Source of the DNA: the human T2T-CHM13v2.0 reference genome, Homo sapiens
Direction: 5' to 3' (one strand)
Assembly (NCBI RefSeq): GCF_009914755.1
Contig: NC_060934.1
DNA: 64,000 nt
Under the pieces are notes generated by a model. It did no database searches. It was not told where the DNA came from and saw only the letters and a list, made by a program, of their open reading frames with translations. The position numbers and the translations under genes are program-made. Of the stretch, positions 1 through 15,380 are shown piece after piece (position 1 is the stretch's first letter; each line of letters begins with the position of its first letter).

Positions 1-339
1 ACACTTGAAACATATGCAGGTATCAGTATCAGTGTTCTGAGTATAACCACAATCAAATAAATATATACACTTGGGTAATATCTGGATGTGTCTTCTTGTT
101 GCCTTTGATGGTAGTAGTGCTACATTCTGTAATAGTCTTTTTCAAAATGTTTCTCTGTTAAAAACGTTAAGCTGTTTTAAACTCATAAATGTTTCACGAA
201 CAGCACAGACAACTCCAATATACACTTCACTCAGAGATCTTATTTTTTTTTTTAAAAAAAAACGAGTTGTCCTGGTAATGTCCCCTATAGAAAAAAAAAA
301 TCCAGTATAGGATAATATATTATACCAAGTTATTTCTTT

Positions 340-1100
340 CTACTGTCTTTCAAACAGGAATAATTCCTTATCTTCCCTAGGTTTTTATAAACTTGATATT
401 TTAAAAGCCCATAGCCAAGTCATTTTGTAAAATGTCTCTTAGTTAAATTTTATTGTGTTAAGCCCTTTTTTCCTATTATATAACCAATATGGTGTTATTT
501 CTATTGCATCCTGTTAGTGATCCTTATAAGCCCCATTACTTTTGTTTTTTTTTGTTATCAATAAATATTTTGCCAAGAGATATTTTAAGGATGTGTAAAA
601 TATTTATTTCATCTCCATTTTACCCACAAATTTTTGCCTTCAGTAGTTGCTTTTTTTTTTTTTTTTTTTGCTTGAACTAATTTTACAATGCTGATTGCCT
701 AATTGTGATGTTCTAACTCAATTATTCTGTCCACATTTGTAGGTTTGATTCATGTTGGAAAAAAAAAATTCTCATCCCTCTATTTGTTTGCTCATTTACT
801 GTTTTATATCAATGTGGACTCATAAGTTTCTATTTTAGTCAATGTATTATAATCTATTAGTATTATTATTTATTTGTTCCTCAAACTGTCTCAGATTTGG
901 AAATAAGAGTCCCTCTTAATGAACCTCCATGTCTCTCTAAAAAGGCCCATTATTCTTTGAGCATATTCTTTCTATTTGGCCAAGATGTTACAAACTTCAC
1001 CTTATTTTTATCCTGTCCTGTCTCTGGAATTAACTATTCTTTCAGAAAGTCCTGTATTTTTTTTTTTTTCTGGGGCATCCAACATATACAGGCCAGAGAA
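340..1100 (-). mobile_element. Old L1 (L1MC-type) 3' region, degraded
   Basis: 'atatcaatgtggactcata...tttatttgttcctcaaactgtctcagatttgg' resembles the antisense L1MC 3' UTR; boundaries approximate. Confidence 0.45.
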
Positions 1101-3203
1101 GAGTTCTGGAATATTAATTCAGATTCCCAAGTCCTGTCTTCCCATACTGTATATGCCCTGGTGGAGAATAATGCATAAAGTTCGTGAGTAATATGCGTAG
1201 ACACCTCAGTTATATTGAAGAAGCCAACTCAATTTTGGAGCATCTCTGTTTATTGTGTTTCATAGCTTATGTGTTTCTTTCCGGGAAGCCCTGTCTGAAA
1301 TAAATCCACAAATTCCAGAATTGTATGTACTATGAGCAGTTTTAGAGTAGGGCTATCTTGCTGGAAGCAATCTATTGATAAGGACTCTCCCCCTTTTAAA
1401 TACTATTAGCTTGCCAAGAAATCTCTAGCATATTTGCAACAAGATTAGACGTGAGTTTCCTGCTTTCTTTTTCCCCAGTAGAGAGATACAGACTGTGACT
1501 AACTGCTAGGTCATACGTTTTCCGAAAGGTTGATTGCAATATTAGTAGTAGGTGCTACCCTGACTCCTATTTTGTTTTATTCTAGGATTTTCCTGGCTAT
1601 TGTTATTCATTTTTCTAAAGAAACTTGAGATAAACATAGTTTCTTTCAAAAAACATATTAAATTTCATATCAATTTTAGAATTTTTTTATAATGTGAGAC
1701 TTCGTTCTGAAAACAGTTAAAAAGTATATTTGTGTGTATACACGCATGGTTATGTTTAATAATCTAAAGACATCCAAATGGGCTTCTGGGTTGACGTTAA
1801 AACTTATTGTTGTAAATTGACTTTTTAAAAATGTTTTCAGGCAAAACAATTACTACAACTTACTGTAAGATTTTCGTCAGTAAAATGAGAATTATTTGCC
1901 TGGAATATTGTGGGGTTAAGATTGATGATGTGAAATATGCTTTCATTTTTTCAGTATAAAACTTGGTATTGGTAGATGAACTTTTTTAAAAGGATTAAAA
2001 TTTTGTAAGTATGGAATTATCAAATGAATAAAATGATATCAATGCCTTATTTTTGTGCATGGATAAATAAAATAACATTAAATGTTGCATTAGTAAGTTT
2101 CTTGAACATATTTTTTCTCAGTGATTTGTATATAGTGTGGTATTAATATAAAGAAGACTCATTTGCTATACATTTTTTTCAATGCCTTTCAAAATTGATT
2201 TTTACTGATTGGTTAGAAATGATGTTTTCTTGACCTTGATAATGTTCCAAATTAATTTGAATTTTATAGACTGATCATTTCATGATAGTTTTGCTAGTAA
2301 CACATTATTTTTTCTATGACTCTGGAAACTCCAATTATATTTTAAAAATGTGAATTTAATTAAAAAAACAGATAATGTAATCATTAAAATTCATCTTCAC
2401 TTTTAAAAGTCAGGACTTTCACAAATCTTTTATCTGAATAATTATTTGGTTGTATGAATTCTATTTTTAAAAAGTAATGTTGTGAAATCATTTAATACAC
2501 TATGTAAGTCAGTTATTTTAAAATCAGAAGTTGTTCCACTCTCCTTTGAGCCTTAGTTACTCTCTTCATGGCTCATTTTGTATCATTCTAAAAGAAGAGC
2601 CATAATAGTTTTCTGAGAGTAATCTGGATTCTGCTTTACATTGGGGGTACAGTACTGATGAGAATATGTTTGTTTCATGGCTGTTGGGCAGGAAGCTCTT
2701 ACTGGCGCAGCATAAATAGATGCTCACTCATCTTACCCATCTGTGCGCTTACAATGAAATGAGCTGACATTGTAACATTACTGCCTCTCTGGAACCATCT
2801 AATGAGAAAGATCATTCTCAAAAGAGTGTTTTAGTAAGCAATTCCATACTTTCTCATTTGACCACATGAATATTATTTAATATATAAAACAGCAATTGTT
2901 ACTGCTGCCAGATTTTTAAAAAGTTAATGTAGTTGAGTTCTTAATTAAATGGTGCCCAGATACCTTAGGACTTGACTGACAGATATTCATGCACATCTTT
3001 ATTGTAGAAAGCTTGTGAGGTACGCTAGGGGCACAATGCTGTAGAAAACAAAGATATCTAATAAAAAATATCTTAGCTCTTCTCTCCAGGACTTCATGTT
3101 GATATTGCAACTAAAAAAAAAAAAATCACTGGAAGAATTCTACATGTTTGCAATTTCTCAAGATAAAATACTTCAGTGCCTTTTACTTGATTTATCTCTA
3201 TAG

Positions 3204-3353
<150 letters not shown>

Positions 3354-5129
3354 TGATTTTTTTCATCCTCATTTATTTCCTTCTCTACTCACAGTCTTCT
3401 TGCCCCCATTCCCTTTTTGATGTGTTCTGTGGATGCGTGGACACCACGCTTAACACTCCATGGAGCATTTTACATAAGGGATTGACAACTTCAGAATGCT
3501 CTAATTTCTTCCAAGTAGATATTCGTACCTCTAGGAACATTTAATTTGAATAAAAACCCTCCTTCACTCCCCAGTCAGCCTCACACGTATAAGGAACATT
3601 TACCTCTGTTTTGCAAATATATTCTCAGAGCTTGTACAGCAATTAATTCTTTCAACCCTAATTTAAAAGATAGTCTTTGGAAAACATATTATATTATTAA
3701 ACATTATTATAGGGAATAGATTCACCTAATTTAAAAATATTTTTGGGGGGCACAGTATTGTGTAATGCTGTATTTGTCTTCATGGAATTTGTGATAGTAG
3801 TAAGAGGATCAGACCTATACATATTAATAACTAAAGAAAAGTACTAGTACGAAGATGAAAATGTTTAAACTGGAAATAAGCATGTGCTGAAATGTTTGGC
3901 ACAAAGCATATTTCTTATGGATTACCAAGAAAGCAAGACCTCCATTGGCTGTTGTTTTCTTGGGAATTTTCTCAGAAGATGAGGCTTAGCTCTGAAGATT
4001 TGTTAAAATTTGAATAAGCAGAGTGAGAACACAGAGCCATTTATGTACAACATTTTCTTCTTAGTCTTAACTGCCTGGGTCTTAATTCCATGAATTTAGA
4101 GCCGTTTATCTCCAGATAGAAGGGATAAAATTCTTGTTAAATATTGCATTTTCACTCTTCCATGTGCAGCTGGGGTAGCCAAGTTGGCTGTGAATGTTCA
4201 GATAAATACATCTACAATCATGTGCTTTCTCTGATAGATCAGCTCCTCTCAACTCCAGTGGGAGTATACAGGCTTCCATTGTATAAAAGCACTGAAAAGT
4301 GTTACAGCCAATTTCTTGGAATGATAGGTGTAGTAAATCCCATGTATCTTTTGCCTCTCTCTGGAATCCAGTTTTCTTATGAATCACTTTTAGATAATTT
4401 AGGATATGCATAAGAAGGAAGTTCAACCTGAAGCAGTAAAGACTGAATATCAGTTTCATAGCCTTGCGCAACATGAAACTTTTTATTAGAGGGATCCCAA
4501 CTGTTCAGCCTCTCAGGTCTTTAAACTGAGGCGAGAAGAAATCTCAGCAAGAACATGTAGAAGATTCTACTCTGCCACACTTGGGCTTCCACCCCAGGAG
4601 ATGAAGTCTTAACTAGTTCTGTGCATGTAAAATATTTGTATAGTAAAATCGTGTTTGAAGTAATATTAAGGGGAATTTCAGCACATACAATCAATTATTA
4701 ATTTAGCCATTCTGAATTTCTAATTTTTCACATATTGAGATTAAAAAGGAGTATACCCCTGATTTTTTTGACTCTTAAAAGTAAATATTAATGGCTTGTG
4801 AATATTTGCTGTTTTATGTGTGATTTCTTCCATATTAAGCACTTACTACGTGCAAAGCACATTGCTATGCACCATGCACGAGAGAGACAGTGGTTAGTTA
4901 GGCACACTCTTCGTGATTCTGCCATTTTTTACAAGATCGTTCTCTTTAGTCTCACAAAGAAGACTGCCTCTAGCCCTTGGGGAAACATATAAAATATTTT
5001 TAGAAATGGTATGCTGAAGCATCACTGGGAAGCTTGTATAATTTTATTTGGGACCCCCCCCCAAATTTAAACAAAATATTTAATTACAATAATTTTTACT
5101 ATTTGAGCAATTGCATATGTAGCAGTTAC

Positions 5130-5330
5130 TGAGTGCTACATACTATTTATGAATTTTTAAAATATTTACTCATTTTGCTTTCACAATAACCTTATGAATT
5201 ACATAGTATTATTATCTCCATATTATAAATTAGAATACAGAAATACCCAGATGTTAGGTCTTTTGTTCTAGTTATGTAACTACAAATGGCAGAGGCTGAC
5301 TGTAGACAAGGTCAGGCCTTCCACCAGTCC
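5130..5330 (-). mobile_element. MIR
   Basis: 'ttcacaataaccttatga...attattatctccatattata...tggcagag' matches the antisense MIR core. Confidence 0.6.
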
Positions 5331-7010
5331 ACAGTGCAACTGCCATGCTACATTGTCTACCAAATTTTAGAAAATAATTAACCCTGACTATATTCTGTCT
5401 GAAGAAAGATACATTGTAGTTTCTCTCTTTTTTAATAACAGTTAATCACATTCGGTATTAAAGTCTAGGGAATCCCAACCAACCTTATATGAAGCATTGA
5501 GATATAAGTGATGATTTGATTATTTGAACAAGGCAAGTATCTGAGATTGTACCTATATGGCAGAAGATAAGCCAGTTAACAGTGCAACACTCATTGCATT
5601 ATCTGATTTCTTATTCACAGAGCATTGCAGCATATGTTGAAATTTTAGACTATCCAGATAATAGAGTATCTTTTATATTTTGCATATCAATATTTTTCCA
5701 TGGCTCAATTTCCCTTTTAAGAAAGTCGTAGTCCTTATTATACTTTCTGGTTTCATCTCTTTTTAATCACTTTCAAGCTCTTCATCTATCTTACTAATAT
5801 TTTTTTTCTTTCCAAGCTCACCTACTATGAAGAGCAGTCTATTCCTTTTACATGAAGTCAATATATGAACACAGTTATATTTTTTTTTTGATAATGTGAG
5901 AGGCATGATTTCAATTATTCCAACCTCTCATGTTAAGAGGAGAACACCTAGGTTCACACAATAGTATAAAGACTTACCGCATCTGAAGGAAAAAAAAAAC
6001 TATAATTATTTCTTTTAAGAAAAATAATTGTCCAGAATTGGTCAAAATATATTTCTAAATATGGTAACAGTAAATATTTTGTACAAAATCACTAAAGTAA
6101 AACTGTCCTTGTTAACTCGCCTCCAATTGTTCTAAATTTATTTTGAAATATCTCAATATTTCTTATGTTAACATATACATACTTAGCTTACAGAAAAACT
6201 TAATAAAAAGACTGAATTCCTTTCTCTGAAAAATCCTAAACTACAGAATATGTGATGTTTTATGTACCTGTGAAACAACATTCATTTTTATTCCAAGCAA
6301 TGGTATTGTTGATAAATTGAAGATGGAATTTGTAAAAGCATTAATGATTCCTGTTACTATTCTTCATTCTTCCTGATTCTACTGAAGTCCACACACGTGG
6401 GAAATCATTGTCAAACAATAGGACACATGAAGATTCTGCTCATCACATACATGAATCAAAAGCAAATCAAAATCATTTCAATTCCAAAGATGTGTCCAAT
6501 TTAAAAAAAAAAAACTCATGGTATTGAGGACTTATCTTTTAGCTTTCAAATAGTAGGAATGAAGAGATCTGACGAATGACAAGAATTGAGCAAAATAAAG
6601 AATCTACTTGTATCTTTTCACTCTTGGTACTTTATGTCATCTGATCTACTGCTTTCCTGTGCAGTGATGCTCTAAAACAGGAGTAGGTCTTGTTGGAGAT
6701 CTGAGAGCTGGCAAAGGCAGTAGTGGATTGGTGTCTCCTGCAAATTTTCTAGACCCATATCCTAAAAATCTAGACATAAGCCAGTGGTGTTGCCACTCCC
6801 ACATTCTTAGGTGTTGAGGATGACCTAGGTCTTAAATGGTCCTTAAATTTCCTGGGTCACTTTCAACATAGGGACATAAAAAACAAAAACAAAAACAAAA
6901 AAACAAACAACAAAAAACAGATTCACGATTGATGTGCTTGATACTTAGTGTTTGCCCAGGTTTTGAACTTCTTGATTGACAGTTTAACTGTAACTGGCTT
7001 TTTTTTTTAG

Positions 7011-7229
<219 letters not shown>

Positions 7230-7520
7230 TAAAAGGGTTCTGTTTTCTTACTTTTGCCTTCAACTCCCACAACCTTACTCAATATCTGTGTTTATTGTTG
7301 AAACATGCAGAGTGTGTGTATCTCAACACCAGGGGAAGGTAAGGTGATTTAACTTGACACATTCCCTCCTTTCTCTGAATAATTCATTTATAATCATAAT
7401 TCATTTACAACCAATTGATGGCTGTGTGTGTGTATGTGTGTATTAATTGGAGATAAATTGGAAAACAGGTGTCTTCAAAGAAAAACAGAATGGAAACAAG
7501 TATTTTTCATATGAAAGTGG

Positions 7521-7805
<285 letters not shown>

Positions 7806-8522
7806 TGAAATAATTGTTTTTTTTTTTTTTTTTTGAAAAATGACAGGCAAAATTTTCATTAAAGACAATTCATGCAGGACTGGTGAGCCTGCAGCCTCTG
7901 ATGCATTTCAGAGGATTGTCATTTCTCTGTGTATATTGTCAGATGTGATAGGTTGTTAAAAAAAATCAACACCCTGATAAATACCTGTATATAAAATAGA
8001 CAAAGTGATCTCTCAAGGAGATACATATCAGCTGTGTGATATGGTTAAAGGAGATCAACTCATAATGAACACCATATATTAAAATATCCTTAGCTAAATG
8101 CACCATATGTACTCAATCTGCTAAGCCTGTAAGATTGTGCAACATAGTCCAATTGTTGCTTCATTTAACTGCAAGTGAGTTGTATATAAATTGTCAAAAT
8201 GAAGGTTGACAAATTATGTCACCATTACCTTTAATAATTTCTGAGCTAGAATATTGCAGTTTGATATTATTTGCTTCTTGGAACCAAACCTGGAATATCA
8301 TGAACAACTTCAGTATATAGAGCTTACATATATATAGAACTTTTAATGTTCAAAGCCTTTTTATTTATTAATCTTCATTTGAACTTCAGAAGTCTTGAGA
8401 GGTACATGGGAAAGATATTATTAGTGCAGTCAACAGATGAAGCTGTCAACAAGAGTGCCTTAGGTTTTGTCAAAGTTCATAAAACTTGTACTGACAGAGT
8501 TGGTCCTAGAACACAAGTATTT

Positions 8523-8720
8523 TATTTATTATTATACTTTAAGTTCTCGGGTACATGTGCACAACGTGCAGGTTTGTTACATAGGTATACACATGCCATG
8601 GTTGTTTGCTGCACCCATCAACATTAGGTGTTTCTCCTAATGCTATCCCTCCCCTAGCCCCCTACCCTCTGACAGGCCCTGGTGTATGATGTTCCCCTCC
8701 CTTTGTCCATGTGTTCTCAT
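8523..8720 (-). mobile_element. 5'-truncated L1PA7-like 3' end with 16-bp TSD, inserted in a MIR remnant
   Basis: ttattatactttaagttct..gtacatgtgcacaacgtgcagg; TSD tagaac(a/t)caagtattt at 8507-8522 and 8721-8736. Confidence 0.9.
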
Positions 8721-8779
8721 TAGAACTCAAGTATTTTGATTTATGATCCAATGTTTTGCCCAAGCTACCACACCACTTC

Positions 8780-10026
8780 TTTTTAAAAAAAAAAAATTAT
8801 TTCAACTTTTATTTTAGAATCAGTGGTACATTTGCAGGTTTCTTGTATGTTGTGTGATGGGGAGATTTGGGGTATGGTTAGTCTTGTCAGCCAGATAGTG
8901 AGCATAGGACACAATAGATTTTTAGCCCTTTTCCTCCTCTCCCTCTCTTCACTCTAGTAGTCCCCAGCTCTTATTGTTCCCATGTTTATGTCCACATTTA
9001 CCCATTGTTGAGCATCCACTTATAAGTGAGAATATGCAGTGTTTGGTTTTCTGTTCCTGCATTAATTCACTTAGAATTATGGCCTCCACCTGTGTCCATG
9101 TTGATGCAAAGGACTTGATTTCATTCTTTTTTATGACTGTGTATTATTCCGTGGTGTATATGTAACAGATTTTCTTTATTCAATCCACCATTGATGGGCA
9201 CCTGGATCGATTCCATGTCTTTGCTATTGTGAATCGTGCTCCGATGAACATAGGAATGCGTGTATCTTTTCGGGAAAAAGATCTATTTTCCTTTGGTTAT
9301 ATATCCAATAATGGAATTGCTGGGTCAAATGGTAATTCTGCTTTGAGTTCTTTCAGAAGTCTTCAAACTCCTTTCCACAGTGGCTGAACTAATTTACATT
9401 CCCACCAGCAGTGTGTAAGCTTTGCCTTTTCTCGGTAACCTCGCCAACATCTGTTCTTTTTTGGCTTTTTAATAAAGGCATTTTGACTAGTGTAAGATGG
9501 TATCTCACTGTGGTTTTGATTTGCATTTCTCTGATGATTAGTGATACAGAGCATTTCTTTCATATGTTTGTTGCCCCTTGTTTGTCTTCTTTTGAAAAGT
9601 GTCTGTTCATGTCCTTTGCCCACTTTTTAATGGGGTTGTTTTTTGATTGCTGAATTGACTAAATTCTTTACGGATTCAGGAAAGTAGACCTTTGTTGTAT
9701 GTATGCGTAGTCTGTGACTATTTTCTGCTGTCTTGTAGGTTGTCTGTTTACTCTGTTGGTAGGTTTTTTTTTTTTTTTTTTTTTTTTTCTGTGCAGAGCT
9801 CTTTAGTTTAATTAGGTCCCACTTCTCAAGTTTTGGTTTCATTTCAATTGCTTTTGATGATTTAGTCATAAATTCCTTGCCAAGGCTATTGTGAAAAATT
9901 CAGTTTCCTTGGTTTTCTTCTTGAATTTTTATAGTTTTAGGTCTTGCCTTTAAGTCTTTAATCTGTCCTGAGTTTATATTTGTGTATGATAAAAGGTAGA
10001 GTTCCAGCTTCATTCTCCTGCATATA
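8780..10026 (-). mobile_element. L1PA15/16-like 3' UTR + ORF2 C-terminus
   Basis: cacttataagtgagaatatgcagtgtttggttttctgttcc; ORFs 9363..9623 and 9627..9869 are L1 ORF2-like fragments. Confidence 0.88.
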
Positions 10027-10064
10027 CCCTATCACTTTTGTGTATAACTGAATCTTAAAAAAAA

Positions 10065-10220
10065 AAACTTAATGTTTTTACCACCAAGAGATGACAAGTG
10101 TTTGAGAGATGATAAGTGTTAACTTTGGTTCGATCAGTACTATAATACATACGTATATGAAAACATTACACTGTACCCCATAAATATGATAATTACTGTA
10201 TCAGTTGAAAACAAAACTTA
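10065..10220 (+). mobile_element. L1M/L1PB 3' end fragment
   Basis: 'aaaacattacactgtaccccataaatatg' L1 3' terminal motif. Confidence 0.6.
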
Positions 10221-11452
10221 TTCTTTACAGTTATAGATATAGATGTCCTTTTAAAATCACTTGACTATATATTCCTTCAATTTTGGATTATTTATTATAT
10301 CCATTATTATGTGAAAAAGGGAAAATACTTTGCTACTCTGGAATTCTGTATTTATTACTATTTATCTTTACCTTATGAATATTTTCTGCTATTAGTTATT
10401 TTTGTATCAAGTGCTTGTAGATTTTCTTCATTGTCATTTTCCCTTAAATATTACACAAATAAGGTTAACAGTTAAATAGAGCACATATAATGCTTTTGAA
10501 TTTTATTTGTAATGTTTCCAGTGTATCTCTTTCCTAGAGATATAGTTTAGTGTAATTTTTCAGAATTCAAGGTATCATTTTATTTCTGGCTAAATATTTC
10601 TTGAACTCTTTGTATTTAGGCTCTAAAGTTGTGCGTATTTCTAGGAATTTCTCTCTGTATTAGGGAACGTATGCTGATTTACCAAGGGAATCGGAAACAT
10701 ATTAAAAACATACTGTCTTGTTAGTTCTTTTATTTCAAACCTAAAGGCAAAAGTAATCATGAACCTTTGGAGGATAAGTTGTATCAGAAGGTGCTTTTTG
10801 GTGAATGATTGCAAAACCTCTTGTTCTGTTTTTTTTTGTTTTTTTTTTTTTTTTAGATTTGAGTGGGCATATTCATACCGGTAATATTAGAGCAACAAAG
10901 CTGAATTAGTTCCAAATAATGCATAGGAAAAGTAAAACTTTTTCAGCTCCTAGGACAAACAAACAAATCAGAATAAACCTGATTTTGGCGTTGGTTGCCA
11001 TTACATGAGAATTATTTCTTTTAACATAGCATTGCTAATTTTTTTTTAAAAGTTCAACTGTGTTTCCAGTCTACTGGTCTTAAATGTTACGTTTTAGTTA
11101 TAAAGTGGCTGGAATCTGCCATATGAATTATAAGTGGTGTTATTATATTTATATGCTATGAACTTTGATGCCCTAATTTGACCCAGAAGAAGAGAAAGAC
11201 AATATTAAAAGAATCACCATAGAAAATGATTTCAAAAGTTTGGCTGGCAACCAACCATGTATTTGGGTTTAAATTCCACAGTCTCCTTTCTTTGTTTTGT
11301 TTTGAGAATTCTAAGTAAAGCTTGAACACATATCACAACTCTGAGAAGCCTTTGAAAATGTGATTAGGTAGAAATATACCATCTAGGAATAGCAGAAAGA
11401 ATGAAAGAAATCAACTCTTTCTAAAGATATAAAACATTTCATGGAGAAAAAA

Positions 11453-11700
11453 TTTTTTTTTATTATTATACTTTAAGTTCTGGGGTATATGTGCAGAACA
11501 TGCAGATTTGTTACATAGATATACACGTGCCATGGTGGTTTGCTGCACCCATCAACCCGTCATCTACATTAGGCATTTCTCCTAATGCTGTCCCTCCCCT
11601 AGCCCCCCACCCGCCGACAGCCAATAACAGACAGAGAGCCAAATCATGAGTGAACTCCCATTCACAACTGCTACAAAGAGAATAAAATACTTAGAAATCC
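11453..11700 (-). mobile_element. L1PA7-like element with inverted ORF2 fragment
   Basis: 11453-11620 antisense 3' UTR; 11621-11700 sense ORF2 (ESQIMSELPFTTATKRIKYL). Confidence 0.88.
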
Positions 11701-12547
11701 TTTGTAATATAAACATGTACATCCTGCTTTAATTATCTGTATATCAGTGTAGACTCTGAAAGCAAGAATCTATAAAAAAGTAATTTTAAAAAATAATCTG
11801 AATAACACTTCTACAATACAGGATGTAGTCAAAAGTGATTTGTGTATCTAGGAACTCTAAAATCTTATTTGAACATAATCATGCCATTGATACAGAGACT
11901 TCTATGGGAAACAACCATTTTATTAGCTTTCAAATACATTCTAATTAGCTTATTTACGGATGAGACACAATTCAGAGTATCTCAAGCATTCTCCAAATGT
12001 TTTAACTTTGTGCTGTGGTAAGGATGCAATAGAGTTGACCAACACAGCCAGTGATCTGCACCTAAGGGCATATGTAACACAGTTTCACAGCTTCAGATAT
12101 GTATCATTTTCAAGCACACACAGAACATTTAGCAAGGAACAAAAAAGGGTTATAATTTTAAGTAGTAATTTTTGATGGGTTAAAGTCACCTAGGGTATAC
12201 CTTCTGAATTAGGCTTGAGATCAATGACAAGACAATGTCTAGGAAACTCCCGTTGTTTAGGAAAAAGACACTTTTAATAGCCCATGCCCCCCTCCTAAAT
12301 CACATTAAATTAAAAATATTTTGAAACAGAAATAACAAGAATATTGCATAACATAAACTGTGGGCATTTGCTAAGCCAGTAGATAGAGAAAAATGTTTTG
12401 CCTTAAAAAATTATATTAGAAACCAATTAGGTAATAGCACAAATTAATGAAATAGAACACAAATCTAAGATGGAGGACTTCAGAAGACCAATAAAATTTT
12501 CAAAACCCTGCCAAGAATAAAGAAAAATAAAGACAAAACTATTTAAT

Positions 12548-13040
12548 TAATATATATTTATTGGGCAGTTGTTATATGGCAAGCAATTTTTGAGACACCT
12601 AGTATATATCATTAAATGAAACAGAAAAAATATCCTGTTCTTCTTGAGCATGTACTTCTTTGTTAAACAGAAAATATATATTGTGTGTGTATATGTATTA
12701 CACAAAATATATTGTGTGTATATATTTGTGTATATATTATACACAAGTAAACTTACACATATGTATATGTAAGTAAACTTTCATATACATATGTGTGTAT
12801 GTGTGTATGTACATACTTAACATATGTGTATATAAGTAAGCTAGACAATTTGTTAAGTAATAGGTACATACTTACATATGTGTATGTAAAATTACACAGC
12901 TTGTTAAGAGGTGATCAGTGCTATGAGAAAAAGATAAAACATAAGAAATCATGAAATGGAAGGATGGCAAATTAAAATATTAAGTAGCACAGTAAGGACA
13001 GGCCTAGGTGAGAAGGTATTCAAGCAAATTTTTGAAGGAG
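12548..13040 (-). mobile_element. L2 3' end interrupted by TA/TG low-complexity tract (~12675-12890)
   Basis: 'tatttattgggcagttgttatatggcaagca' and 'ggtgatcagtgctatgagaaaa' antisense L2a motifs. Confidence 0.6.
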
Positions 13041-13064
13041 GTCTGGGACCCGCTGCTTTCCTTT

Positions 13065-14105
<1,041 letters not shown>

Positions 14106-14186
14106 TGGATGTGATAGCTCAATTATTTTTAAAGCTGGATGTCTCAGACTTTTGTAAAACCATAACAAAATAAACCATAAAAAATA

Positions 14187-14502
14187 TCACCTCCCACCAG
14201 GTCCCTCCCTGACATGTGGGGATTACAATTTGAGAAGAGATTTGGGTGGGGACAAAGAGCCAAACCATATAATAGTAGGTGTATATATTTATGGGGTACA
14301 TGAGATGTTTGAATACAGGCATGCAACGTAAAATAAGCATATCATGGAGAATGGGGTATCCATCTCCTCAAGCATTTATCCTTTGAATTACGAACAATTC
14401 AATTATACTCTTTAAGTTATTTTAAGTAAAACTAAGATATTATTGATTATAGTCACCCTGATGTGCTGTCAAACAGTATGTATTATTAATTATTTCTAAC
14501 TA
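14187..14502 (-). mobile_element. Partial MSTA LTR joined to L1MA 3' end (duplicate of 15709-15988)
   Basis: gagatttgggtggggacaaagagccaaaccat directly followed by tagtaggtgtatatatttatggggtacatgag. Confidence 0.85.
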
Positions 14503-14726
14503 TATGTATATATATATACACACACACACGCACATATATACATATATTATATATATAAAACTACATATATACTATATGCTAGTATATACATATACTAGTT
14601 ATATACTATATATACAACTATGTGTATATATATAGTTAGATTGAATTAATAAGTCCTACTATTAGCACGTCAGGGTGACTATACACACACACACACACAC
14701 ATAAATACACATACACACACACACAT
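14501..14726. repeat. (TA)n/(CA)n low-complexity tract
   Basis: directly visible. Confidence 0.85.
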
Positions 14727-15380
14727 CCCTAGGAGGATGCTTTTCCTGTCAAAAGTCTGAAAAACAGTCTGCAGCTCTACACTTAGTTTGGACTTTATCC
14801 CAAGGCCATGCCTTCATGGTGGAGCCCTGGGTTTGGTCTTTTCTGGAAGATGTATTTTAGCAGTCCACTATTTAAATGATCAATTAAAGTTTCTATTTCT
14901 GAGGTTTAAAATCTCAGAATTTCTGACCTCTCTCCTTGCCTTCTTAAATGTGTTTACTAGCTGCTCAGTTCTTTCCTGAGCTTATATTTTTCTCGTGGCA
15001 TCTTATCAAATACGTCAAGTAGTAGCCAATTCACGTTTTCAACATTTTGCCCAAAAAGCTCCTCACACAAATTTGTAATATAGTTATATACATATTCAGC
15101 TTTCCACAATATCTTGGGCACCAGGTTTCTCAAATGTTTTGATGTTACATAACATAAATCTCAAAATTTTCAGTCTCCTATAACAGTTCCTTTATTGCTT
15201 GCCATCCTGGCCATTGCTACAAATTTTAGGTAATTTTTATGTCAGCACTCCACTACAAGTACTAACTTCTGCATAAGTCATCTGTATCATGATAATGCTG
15301 TGTAACAAACTACAGCAAAATTCATTGCCATTTAAAAACCATTTCTTATTTTCACCCTGTATGTGATGAGGTTCTGTGAT

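Noticed and set aside
4106-4474. Overlapping 122-aa (-) and 89-aa (+) ORFs
   Set aside because: No recognisable motif, no splice sites fitting MALRD1, length expected by chance
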